DNA of 22,292 nt. Source: Pedosphaera sp. GTDB lineage: Bacteria > Verrucomicrobiota > Verrucomicrobiia > Limisphaerales > SIBH01. This document shows positions 1-8,317 of the stretch, piece after piece; positions within the stretch are counted from its first letter, which is position 1, and every line of letters starts with the position of its first letter. The notes under the pieces are model-generated. The model saw only the letters and a list, made by a program, of their open reading frames with translations, was not told the origin of the DNA and searched no databases. The DNA lies in assembly GCA_031414955.1 (NCBI GenBank), contig JANOQV010000219.1, positions 1-22,292 on the forward strand, written 5' to 3'. Made by a program: the position numbers and the translations under genes.

Positions 1-249
1 ATCAAGCCAGACCAGCGCGGCGTTCTCCTTTTCGTCCACCGGCGCGTACCAGGCATCAAGCTCGCGTCCGTTGGCCGGCTCGCCCGCAGCCTTGATGGCT
101 TTCAGGCGCTGGTGATTGGCCGACACGAGCGTGCCGCGCCACACGGCAAACGCCAGAATCAGCAGCACCAGCAAGACCGCCAGCACCATGATGAACTTCA
201 ACGCCAGTGGCATCGGGCGCCTGTTGTTGGATTCCAATGTCGGGTTCAT
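1..249 (-). CDS. Hypothetical membrane-anchored protein, N-terminal 83 aa only (continues past window start)
   Basis: Not in the ORF track. Manual translation from ATG at 249: MNPTLESNNRRPMPLALKFIMVLAVLLVLLILAFAVWRGTLVSANHQRLKAIKAAGEPANGRELDAWYAPVDEKENAALVWLD, open to base 1. The ATG overlaps the TGA of the upstream gene (ATGA, 246-249). One strong TM segment. Confidence 0.8.
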   Translation of the reverse strand, partial: MNPTLESNNRRPMPLALKFIMVLAVLLVLLILAFAVWRGTLVSANHQRLKAIKAAGEPANGRELDAWYAPVDEKENAALVWLD

Positions 250-2858
250 TCGCGGGTGATGGTTTCGTCGAGGTTCAAGAGCACGCGGGCCAGCGTCTTC
301 CAGGCTTCCTTGCGGCGCGTGAGTTCGTCGCCGGGTTCGGCGGCGAGCTGCTGGGCGAGGAGTTGTTGCAGGCGTTGCTGCTCGGTTTGGTTCGGCGGGC
401 GAGAGAGGCAGAGGCGGAACAGTTGATTGATTCGTTCCGCGTCATCCTTCGCCGGAGATTTCAGCGCGCGCTGACCAAGGGCTTCAGCGAACTCGGTGAA
501 CTGCTGGTCGTTCAAAAGCGTGAGCGCCTGGAGCGGCGTGTTCGAGCGTAGGCGGCGCGTGCAGGCGCTGAAGCCGTCGGCGGCGTCGAAGACGGCGAGC
601 GCGGGATGCGGCGTCGCGCGCCAGAAGTGCGTGTAGAGCGCGCGGCGGAAACGGTCGTCGCCGGTGCTGGCTTTCCATTCGCGCCGGGACTGGCCGAGGG
701 TCATCACGCCGTCGGGCTGCGGCGGATAGACGGGCGGGCCGCCGATTTTTTCCGAGAGCAGGCCGCTGGCGAAGAGCGCGTTGTCGCGAATCACTTCCGC
801 GTCGAGCCGCACGCGCGACTGGCGGGCGAGAAGTTTGTTGAGCGGATCAAGCGTCGCAAGTTCCGGCCGCACGCGTGACGACTGACGGTAGGCGGCGCTG
901 GTGACGATGAGGCGGTGGAGGCTCTTGAGACTCCACTTCGTAGCAGCCGACGTGAGGAGGCTCTGATCAATTCCGAGTTTCGGGTTTCGGGTTTCGGGTT
1001 TTTCAGATGGAGCCTCGTTACCTCGGCTGCTACCGGGGTTTTGAAACTCACCCGCCAGCCAGTCGAGCAGCTCGGGATGCGTGGGCAGTGAGCCTTGCGT
1101 GCCGAAGTCGTTTTCCGTCTCGACGAGGCCGCGTCCGAAGTAGTGCTGCCAGACGCGATTGACGGTGACGCGCGCCAGCAACGGATTCGCGGGCGACACC
1201 GTCCAGCGCGCGTGGTCGAGGCGGTTCGGAGCGCGTACGTCCACGTCGGCGCGATTCGTTTCGCATGAACGCGCGGACGTGGACGTCCGCGCTCCGTCCA
1301 GCGGATGAAGCACTGCGAGCACGCCGGGCGTCAGCTTTTCCGCCGGGCGCGTGAAGTCGCCTTTCGTGAACAGATGCGTCTCACGCGGTGTTTTAAGTTC
1401 CTGCATGACGAGCGTGGTCACGCGCTTGGGCGTGCCGCGTTCGAGGGCGGCGAGCTTCGTGTTGCGCGTCTTGAACTCCGTGTCGTCCGGCTTGAACGCG
1501 GCATAGACCGCGCGCTTCTGCTCTCGCGTGCGCTCGGCCCACGCAGGTTTCATGGCGGCGCGCACGTTCGCGCGCAGCTTCGCGCGCGCGTCGTCGGTCA
1601 GCGATTCCTCCCACTTCACCGCCGCGCTGCCCTTGGCGTTCAGGTAGCGGTCCAAGTCCTCGCGCGTTTCTTCCAGCTCTTTTTTCACGTTCTCCGCCGA
1701 CTCGATCTCGCCGGGGATTTCCAACATCCCGCCGGGCGTGCCGCTGCCGTGGCCGTCCTGGACGGTGGAATTGAAGAAGGCGTAAAGCTGGTAATACTCC
1801 TTCTGCGAAATGGGATCGAACTTGTGGTCGTGGCACTGCGCGCAGGCCACGGTCAGTCCGAGAAACACCGTGCCGAAGGTGCCCACGCGATCCATCACCG
1901 ACTCGACGCGGAACTGCTCGGGATCAATGCCGCCCTCCTGGTTGATCTGCGTGTTGCGGTTGAACCCTGTTGCGACCTTCTGCGCGAGCGTCGCATTCGG
2001 CAGCAAGTCCCCGGCGAGCTGTTCAATCGCGAACTGGTCGAACGGCATGTCGTTGTTCAGCGCGGCCACCACCCAGTCGCGGTATTTCCAAATCTGCCGC
2101 GGCGCATCAAGGCTGTAGCCGTTCGAGTCGGCGTAGCGCGCGGCGTCCAGCCACCAGCGGCCCCAGCGTTCGCCGTAGTGCGGCGAGGCGAGCAGACGAT
2201 CCACGGCGCGTTCGTAGGCGTCGGCGGCTTTGTCGTTCACGAACGCATCCACTTCCTGCGGCGTGGGCGGCAGGCCAATCAGGTCGAGATTCAACCGGCG
2301 CAGGAGCGTGGCGCGATCTGCTTCGGGCGCGGGCGTAATTTTTTCTTTCTCCAACCGCGCGAGGATGAAGGCGTCGATGGGATGACGCGATGCTGACCTT
2401 GGACTTTGGACCTTGGCCGCTGGACTTCCCGGCACCACCGGACGCACCGGCGGAATGAACGCCCAATGCTTCGCCGTCTCCGGCTGCTCATCCACCGGGG
2501 CTTTCGCGCCTTCGTCGATCCATTGCCCCAGCAGCGCCATCTGCGCGCCGCTCAACGGCGGCTTTTTGTACGGCATCTGCGAGATGGTGTCGTGCGTGCC
2601 TTTGACGGCCTGCATCAGGAGGCTCGCGCCGCTCTGGCCCGGCTTGAAGCCCGCGCCATTCTCGCCGCCCTTCCGCGCGGACGCGGCGGTGTCGAGGCGC
2701 AGATCCCCTTTCTGCTGCGCCGCGCCGTGGCATTTGTAGCAATGCTCGGTGAGCAGCGGCTTCACCTCGCGCAAGTAATTAACCGCCGCAGAACACGGCG
2801 CGAGTGCCAGGGCACTCACGGCCAAACTGAACCAGCGTGCTTTCACAATTGGGAACAA
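246..2858 (-). CDS. Planctomycete cytochrome c (PSCyt1) + DUF1549 (PSCyt2) + DUF1553 (PSD1) domain protein
   Basis: Signal peptide; heme motifs CYKCH and CAQCHDHKFDP; hallmark segments HWAF, PIDAFI, LDLIGLPPT, YGERWGRWWLDAARYADS, NRVWQHYFGRGLV, PTHPELLDWLA, SNTPLQALTLLN. Start may be TTG 2858 or GTG 2846. Confidence 0.95.
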   Translation of the reverse strand: MFPIVKARWFSLAVSALALAPCSAAVNYLREVKPLLTEHCYKCHGAAQQKGDLRLDTAASARKGGENGAGFKPGQSGASLLMQAVKGTHDTISQMPYKKPPLSGAQMALLGQWIDEGAKAPVDEQPETAKHWAFIPPVRPVVPGSPAAKVQSPRSASRHPIDAFILARLEKEKITPAPEADRATLLRRLNLDLIGLPPTPQEVDAFVNDKAADAYERAVDRLLASPHYGERWGRWWLDAARYADSNGYSLDAPRQIWKYRDWVVAALNNDMPFDQFAIEQLAGDLLPNATLAQKVATGFNRNTQINQEGGIDPEQFRVESVMDRVGTFGTVFLGLTVACAQCHDHKFDPISQKEYYQLYAFFNSTVQDGHGSGTPGGMLEIPGEIESAENVKKELEETREDLDRYLNAKGSAAVKWEESLTDDARAKLRANVRAAMKPAWAERTREQKRAVYAAFKPDDTEFKTRNTKLAALERGTPKRVTTLVMQELKTPRETHLFTKGDFTRPAEKLTPGVLAVLHPLDGARTSTSARSCETNRADVDVRAPNRLDHARWTVSPANPLLARVTVNRVWQHYFGRGLVETENDFGTQGSLPTHPELLDWLAGEFQNPGSSRGNEAPSEKPETRNPKLGIDQSLLTSAATKWSLKSLHRLIVTSAAYRQSSRVRPELATLDPLNKLLARQSRVRLDAEVIRDNALFASGLLSEKIGGPPVYPPQPDGVMTLGQSRREWKASTGDDRFRRALYTHFWRATPHPALAVFDAADGFSACTRRLRSNTPLQALTLLNDQQFTEFAEALGQRALKSPAKDDAERINQLFRLCLSRPPNQTEQQRLQQLLAQQLAAEPGDELTRRKEAWKTLARVLLNLDETITRE
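940..1033. repeat. Intragenic GTAG-tagged REP doublet (REPIN-like) with (TTTCGGG)n spacer
   Basis: Left arm 940-963 GTAGCAGCCGACGTGAGGAGGCTC; reverse complement of 1010-1033 is GTAGCAGCCGAGGTAACGAGGCTC (21/24 identical). Spacer has four heptamers at 971-998. Confidence 0.88.
1227..1296. repeat. Intragenic GGAG-tagged REP doublet
   Basis: 1227-1253 CGGAGCGCGTACGTCCACGTCGGCGCG vs reverse complement of 1270-1296 CGGAGCGCGGACGTCCACGTCCGCGCG (25/27). The intact arm is itself a hairpin GCGGACG-TCCA-CGTCCGC. Confidence 0.88.
2394..2428. repeat. Degenerate heptamer tandem repeat (GGACYTT-like x5) inside the PSD1 gene
   Basis: TGACCTT GGACTTT GGACCTT GGCCGCT GGACTTC; encodes roughly GSPAAKVQSPRS between HWAF and PIDAFI. 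Confidence 0.55.
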
Positions 2859-2921
2859 CGCCGCGCAGTGTATCGGCCCGGACGGACGGACGCCAGCGTG
2901 TCGATCAAAGCGGCATTGGCT

Positions 2922-4502
2922 CTACTCTGGTAGAGCGTTTGGAAAATGCGGCGGCAACAGCTCTGGATCCACTGGCCGGGTGCGCTGCTTTTGTTCAAAC
3001 GAATCCAACTCCGACTGCGTGGCGGGTCGCGGCCAGACCATGTCGGTATTGAAGCGGCCAGACGCTGCGGCGCGACGCATCGGGTAACGACCTCCGAGCC
3101 GTTCTGAATCTACCATTTGCCCGCCGTTATCCACGCCATCCAATCCGACGGAGTAGAGCACGTAGCGACCGTCCTCGCCGCGCCGGTAGCGCAATTCCTG
3201 GCCATCCATAAAATCCGTTGTGATGGCCGGGAGAAAGGCCGGAACCAGGTCGCGCAACGAGGGCGGATAGGATTTGTGCTGAATCGCAAATCGCTCCAGC
3301 GCAACGGCGGTGACGATCAGCCTGCGCCTTGTTTCCGCCTCCGCCGCGCGCCTCAGGAGGCCTCCACGCTGAGTTTGCATACCCAAGCCCACCTGTTTCA
3401 GGTTCATGATTGAAACGATCCGCGAATGATTCGCGCCGCGAAAGACGACGAGATTCGTCGTGCCCGGGAGCGTCTGCATTTCTTTCCATGTCGCGCAAGC
3501 TGTCGCCCGTTTCAGTTCCTCACGACGATCGCGAAAATAGAGCAGCAAGGCTTTTTCATCTTCATAGCTGCCCTGATCGCGATAGCGGGCGTGCTGCCGA
3601 TAACCCTGCATCGCCGACCAGAGATTGCGAAACCCGACTCCTGGAGAACTGAGGACGCCCCGGAAAACTGGCCCCCAGCCGCCGATCTTTTCGCGGTAAC
3701 GCTCCGTTCGCGCGGTGCGGCAGATGCGGACCATGTTGGCGCAGGTCAACTCGGCGGTGACCGGCAGGCTTTCGAAGAATCTCACGGATTCCCATTCGCG
3801 TTGGAGCGCCAGGAGTTGAGCTTCATTCCAGCCATCGGTTTGCATGGATTCCCAGATCGCTTGTTCCGCACTGGTCACGCACGCGAATCGGACCAGGTGG
3901 CAAACGTCCGCCGGTTCGGGCGTCCACGCCGTCGCCATCCTTGAGAGCGCCAGGAGGTTGGTGAACACCACCCCGCTGTCGTTTTCGTGCATCGCCAGCA
4001 CGGCGCGCACGGCGAGTGTCTGGGCGAGCCGCTTGTAACCCGCGACGTAAGGCAAACGAATGTCGCCGCGAAGGTCCGGCTGAAATTGAACCGGCCCGGC
4101 CATCAAGGCGGCGCAGGCGCGGTTCAGTTCCTGATCGGGGCCGGCCAATTCCTCTCGCAGCAACGGCCAAAGGTTGGTGGTCCGATCCGTCGCGATGACC
4201 TCGACTGTCGAGACGGCCAATGCGGTGTTCGTGCCCATCGTTTCCTTGGGCTACAGTTCATGGATGGCGCGCAATGCGCGGACAGCTTCGCCGGCGGCAA
4301 TGATGGTCTGCGCCCGGTTCGTTGACTCGGTGGAAAGCGCAAACGTGAAATCCGAAAGCTCAGTTCGGAGGCCCTGCTGGCGCAACTGAAGCCGGATTCG
4401 CTCCACCGAAGCGCGCAGCGTGTGGCCCGACCATGCAAACCAGCCAAAAACGGCAAGCGCGATGGGCAACAGCACTCCGGCGATTTTCAGCCATCTTTTC
4501 AT
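2922..4502 (-). pseudogene. Membrane-anchored hypothetical protein with GspG/pseudopilin-like C-terminal motif, interrupted by an in-frame TAG at 4253-4251
   Basis: ORFs 4511-4251 and 4238-2922 are in the same frame, separated by TAG plus 4 sense codons (HEL*PKETMGTN). Upstream part has MKRWLK plus a TM segment; downstream part ends ALERF..YPPSLRDLVP..DFMDGQELRY..LYSVGLDGVDNGG. Could also be a split gene or a sequencing error. Confidence 0.7.
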
Positions 4503-4630
4503 TTCGCGCACGATTCAGGAGGGGCCAAGTCTGTTTTGAATGAACACACTCCCGACCTTCGCGTTCAAGCTTCATTCGGGTCGTAAATTCTTCGCGACGA
4601 TTCAGGCTGGTTCCGTTTCAATGCCCGCAG

Positions 4631-5851
4631 ATGAAAATATCCCTCCTCGCTCTCGCCTGCGCTGTGGCGGTTTCGCTACCGGCGCAGTTGCCCACCACCT
4701 CACCCAGGGCCGCCGGGTTTGATCCGGCGCGGCTCGAAGTGTTGCACGCGACGACGAAACGGTTCGTGGAGGAGGGAAAGCACGCGGGCCTTATCACTCT
4801 GCTCGCGCGTGACGGGAAGATCGTGGACTTCCAGAATTACGGCTATCGCGACGTGGAGAAGCAGTTGCCGATGGAGCGCGACACAATTTGCCGGGTGTAT
4901 TCGATGTCCAAGATCATCACCTGCGCCGCCACGTTGATTCTGTTCGAGGACGGGAAATTCAACCTCGACGATCCGGTTGCGAAGTATCTGCCGGAGTTGA
5001 AGGACATGAAGGTGTGGACGAACGGCACGACCGAGGCGCTCAAGCGGCCCGTCACCATCAAGCATCTGCTCACGCACACGAGCGGATTGATCTACGATTT
5101 TGCAGGCAACGATGAACTGACGAAGCTCTGGCGTGCGGCGGAGTTATGGAGCGGGCCGGGACTGACAAATTTCACCGCGAAGCTCGGCAAGCTGCCGTTG
5201 AAGCATCAGCCGGGCGATGCTTACACCTATGGCGTGAATCAGGACGTGCTGGGCGCGTTGATCGAGCGCGTGTCCGGCGAGCGGTTCGGCGCGTTTCTGG
5301 AGGCGCGGATGTTCGATCCGTTGGGGATGAAGGACACAGGCTTCGATGTGCCGCCGGCCAAGATGAACCGGCTGGCGAAGACGTACAAGCTGGAAGGCGG
5401 AAAGTTCATCGAGGACAAGCCGATCATTGAGACGTGGCCGGAGGAGGGCAAGGGAATCGAAGCGGGCGGCGCGGGAATCTTTTCCACGGCGGGTGATTTC
5501 GCGCGCTTCGCACAAATGCTCTGCAACGGCGGCACGCTCGGCGGCAAACGCATCCTGGGCCGCAAGACCGTTGAACTGATGACGGCGAATCACATGGTCA
5601 CGCTGCCGAACAACCAGGCCGCGACGCGCCAGAAGGGGTTTGGCCTCGGCGTGGAAGTGACGACGGACCTTGGCCAGCTTTCGGTGCCGTCATCCATCGG
5701 GCAATTCGGCTGGTACGGCGCGGCGACAACCTACTGCCAGATTGATCCCAAGGAGCGGATTGTGGCCATCGCGCTGGCGCAGCACTTCCCGTTCAACCAG
5801 CACAACTTCTTTGCGGTCTTCCAGACGGGGTATTATCAGGCGCTGAAGTGA
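4631..5851 (+). CDS. Secreted serine hydrolase, beta-lactamase class C/EstB-like family
   Basis: Signal peptide; SxxK motif (YSMSK), LLTHTSG, PG..YTYG, FDPLGMKDTGF, GGAGIFSTAGDFARFAQML, FGWYG. Confidence 0.93.
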   Translation: MKISLLALACAVAVSLPAQLPTTSPRAAGFDPARLEVLHATTKRFVEEGKHAGLITLLARDGKIVDFQNYGYRDVEKQLPMERDTICRVYSMSKIITCAATLILFEDGKFNLDDPVAKYLPELKDMKVWTNGTTEALKRPVTIKHLLTHTSGLIYDFAGNDELTKLWRAAELWSGPGLTNFTAKLGKLPLKHQPGDAYTYGVNQDVLGALIERVSGERFGAFLEARMFDPLGMKDTGFDVPPAKMNRLAKTYKLEGGKFIEDKPIIETWPEEGKGIEAGGAGIFSTAGDFARFAQMLCNGGTLGGKRILGRKTVELMTANHMVTLPNNQAATRQKGFGLGVEVTTDLGQLSVPSSIGQFGWYGAATTYCQIDPKERIVAIALAQHFPFNQHNFFAVFQTGYYQALK

Positions 5852-5883
5852 CAAGCGCGGCCCGGCACGAGCGCCGGGGGAAA

Positions 5884-6006
5884 TTTGGACTGCGGCGGCA
5901 ATTCGGACGCGACTCCGCTTTCGGATAGGCCCGGGTTCTCGAACTATCAGATCCCTGCCTCGTGCGAAAGCGCCGGTGCCGCTCCGCTCGGCCGGTGCCG
6001 TCCAAA
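5884..6006. repeat. Intergenic degenerate inverted repeat (REPIN-like), TTTGGAC...CGCTTTCG / CGAAAGCG...GTCCAAA
   Basis: Arms 5884-5923 and 5965-6006 have perfectly complementary outer (7 nt) and inner (8 nt) ends with a diverged GC-rich middle. Confidence 0.65.
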
Positions 6007-6097
6007 ATGATCTTCGGGGCCTTTGAAAATTCTCTCGTTTCACTGTCGCCTCTCGGCGGTTCGCTTGGTAGAAACGCAGCCGAACACCAATACATTT

Positions 6098-6748
6098 ATG
6101 AACATTCATGTGCCTCGCCGACAGTTTCTCCGCCACGCCGCCTTCACCGCCGCGCTGTTCACCACGCCCGGCTTGTTCGCGGATTTGCTCCAGACGCCCA
6201 AGCAGACCGAAGGGCCGTTTTACCCCGACCATCTGCCGCTCGACACGGACAACGACCTGCTCGCCATCAACGAGAACCTCACGCCCGCCGTGGGCGAGGT
6301 GACTTACGTGAGCGGACGCATCCTCGACGCGAAGGGCGACCCGTTGCGCAATGCTGTGGTGGAAATCTGGCAGTGCGACCACAACGGCGCGTATCTGCAC
6401 AGCAAGACCGGCAACAAGGAAAAGGCGGACAAGAACTTCCAGGGCTTCGGGCGTTTCGTGACGGGTTCCACGGGCGAATATCTGTTCCGCACCATCAAGC
6501 CCGTGCCGTATCCGGGCCGCGCCCCGCACATCCATTACAAGATCAAGCGCGGCGGGAAGGAACTGCTGGTCACGCAGCTTTACATCAAGGGTCATGCCGG
6601 CAACGAGAAGGACGGCATTTGGAAGAATCTCAAGGCCGGCAAGGAACGCGATTCAGTGACGGTGGACTTCGCGCCGCTCAAAGGTGCGAAGGCCGGGGAA
6701 CTGGCGGCGAAGTTTGACCTCGTGGTCGGCGTGACGCCGGCGGCCTGA
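6098..6748 (+). CDS. Intradiol ring-cleavage dioxygenase-like protein (protocatechuate 3,4-dioxygenase family) with Tat signal
   Basis: PRRQFL twin-arginine signal after ATG 6098; TEGPFYP, VEIWQCDHNGAY, FRTIKPVPYPGRAPHIH supply the Tyr/Tyr/His/His iron ligands typical of the family. Confidence 0.92.
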   Translation: MNIHVPRRQFLRHAAFTAALFTTPGLFADLLQTPKQTEGPFYPDHLPLDTDNDLLAINENLTPAVGEVTYVSGRILDAKGDPLRNAVVEIWQCDHNGAYLHSKTGNKEKADKNFQGFGRFVTGSTGEYLFRTIKPVPYPGRAPHIHYKIKRGGKELLVTQLYIKGHAGNEKDGIWKNLKAGKERDSVTVDFAPLKGAKAGELAAKFDLVVGVTPAA

Positions 6749-6912
6749 GCGCCACGCGGAGAGAATCACAAGCTGCGCTGACCATCCGCCCTTTCAACAT
6801 GCGACCTCTCGTCCGGTGAAAACTGAGTCCGAGGAATGTGAATGGGATCAGTGCCTGGCTTCCCTGCGCAGGCGGGGTGCAGCGCTGCGGTCCGCCTCGG
6901 TCAAAAACCGCG

Positions 6913-6941
6913 TTGAAGAAACGCCCCGGCTCAACTAATTT
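6913..6941 (+). promoter_or_regulatory. Putative sigma70 promoter, leaderless-type, for the rhomboid gene
   Basis: TTGAAG (6913-6918) - 17 nt - TAATTT (6936-6941) - 7 nt - ATG (6949); no Shine-Dalgarno. Confidence 0.55.
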
Positions 6942-6948
6942 CGCCGCC

Positions 6949-7827
6949 ATGCTCGAAGACCGCTCCTACATGCGGGCCGATCCGCACCGCCCGGCGTGGA
7001 GTGCCACGGCCCTGCTCATGGTCGCGGTGGTGGCGTGCTTCGCCTTGCAGTGCATCGCGATGGTTTACGGGCGGCAGGAGGCTTGGATTTACCACCATCT
7101 CGCCTTGAGCACGGACGGGCTGAAGAGCGGCTATGTCTGGCAATTGCTCTCGTTCCAATTCCTGCACGCCGGATTCTGGCATGTCGTCTGCAATCTGGTC
7201 GGCCTTTGGTTCTTCGGGCGCACGGTCGAGGAGCGATTGGGGGCGCCTGCGTTCCTAAAACTCTATTTCCTGGCGGGGCTGGTCGGTGGGGTTTTGCAGG
7301 CGGGCCTGGGCTGGGTGGCCCCGGACTTCTACGGGAAAGTCCCCACGGTCGGAGCTTCGGCGGGAGTGTGCGGGCTAATCGCGGTTTTCGCGCTGCTGGA
7401 GCCGGATGCGGAGATTCGAGTGCTGGGAGTGCTGCCCATAAAGGCCCGGCATTTCCTTTGGGTTTCTGGAGGCGTGGCCGCTTTCTTCACTTTCGTGCCC
7501 CTGGGCGGTGGTTACGCCCATGCGGCGCATCTGGGCGGATTTCTTTCCGGTGTGGTTTCCATGCGTTGGAGCATCAACCGCCCGGCGCTCCATTGGAACC
7601 CCCTGCAAGGCCGCCGCCGCAAGCGCCAACTCGTCCAGGCTGCGGCGCAAATCACCCGGTGGCGCGGTCGTCCGGATGACTCCGTCTCTCCGCTTCCGCC
7701 CGAGGAATTCATCAGCAAGGAAGTTGATCCTATTCTCGACAAAATTTCCGCCCACGGCATCCACAGCCTGACCCCGCGTGAGCGCCAGATTCTCGAAGCG
7801 GCGCGCGCGAAGATGGCGAAGCGGTGA
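6949..7827 (+). CDS. Rhomboid family intramembrane serine protease with C-terminal DUF6576-like tail
   Basis: WQLLSFQFLH..HVVCN, catalytic GASAG and AHLGG, multiple TM segments, tail EVDPILDKISAHGIHSLTPRERQIL. Start placed at ATG 6949 (MLEDRSYMR). Confidence 0.93.
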   Translation: MLEDRSYMRADPHRPAWSATALLMVAVVACFALQCIAMVYGRQEAWIYHHLALSTDGLKSGYVWQLLSFQFLHAGFWHVVCNLVGLWFFGRTVEERLGAPAFLKLYFLAGLVGGVLQAGLGWVAPDFYGKVPTVGASAGVCGLIAVFALLEPDAEIRVLGVLPIKARHFLWVSGGVAAFFTFVPLGGGYAHAAHLGGFLSGVVSMRWSINRPALHWNPLQGRRRKRQLVQAAAQITRWRGRPDDSVSPLPPEEFISKEVDPILDKISAHGIHSLTPRERQILEAARAKMAKR

Positions 7828-7961
7828 CCGAGCATCTTCGGGTGCCGCAGTCCCAAGCACATCCGGGCGAATTTACGAATCGTGGCAATCCGTCAAGCAG
7901 ACGACGTGGGAACTTCCTGGCCAGGCCCCGTTCCTGACTTTTCAGGGCCAGCAGCCCGGAT

Positions 7962-8068
7962 TGGCAGAAAGATTTCCTGGCAGAAAAATGCGGGGGCATG
8001 GGGAGAAAGCGGACGGCATGGCAGACTTTTGTCCCGGCTGATTTTTCTGCCAGGAAATCTTTCTGCCA
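7962..8068. repeat. Perfect 28-bp intergenic inverted repeat with internal TGGCAGAAA direct repeats
   Basis: 7962-7989 TGGCAGAAAGATTTCCTGGCAGAAAAAT is the exact reverse complement of 8041-8068; 51-nt spacer. Confidence 0.9.
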
Positions 8069-8317
8069 GGAGCCTCGCGTCCCGGCTCGCCAGTCTTTGG
8101 TTCAGCAGTTCTTGCCTCGTCTTGGCGAATACGCTCTGCAATCACACCAAGGCGCATCTCCCCGTACTTGCCCTGGTCGATCCGTGAGGCGAGCGAGCCT
8201 TTCGGTTGGCCGAAACTCAATGCCAATTCCCGCTTGTTTTAGCAGAGAGCAGGACTAGTGTTCCAACCGTAGTCCATATTTCCATGACGGCACCGTCGTC
8301 GAACGACCTTATCAGTT

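Noticed and set aside
971..998. Tandem heptamers as a possible CRISPR array
   Set aside because: Units are 7 nt with no unique spacers and no cas genes; explained as the spacer of the REP doublet.
1305..2396. 363-aa plus-strand ORF, and similar long antisense ORFs (9737-10924, 18417-19910, 5690-6595, 12665-13525)
   Set aside because: They shadow well-supported genes on the opposite strand, have no recognisable motifs, and are expected in high-GC DNA.
4251..4253. Pyrrolysine or genome-wide TAG recoding
   Set aside because: No pyl genes in the window, and TAG terminates other genes at natural-looking ends. Kept only as an unexplained internal stop.
6870..6897. GC hairpin AGGCGG...CCGCCT as an intrinsic terminator
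   Set aside because: Imperfect stem, no adjacent U-tract on the plus strand, and no minus-strand gene for it to terminate.
7882..8258. Short overlapping ORFs between the rhomboid and Calx-beta genes
   Set aside because: They translate the 28-bp inverted repeat in several frames, with no protein motifs or convincing start.
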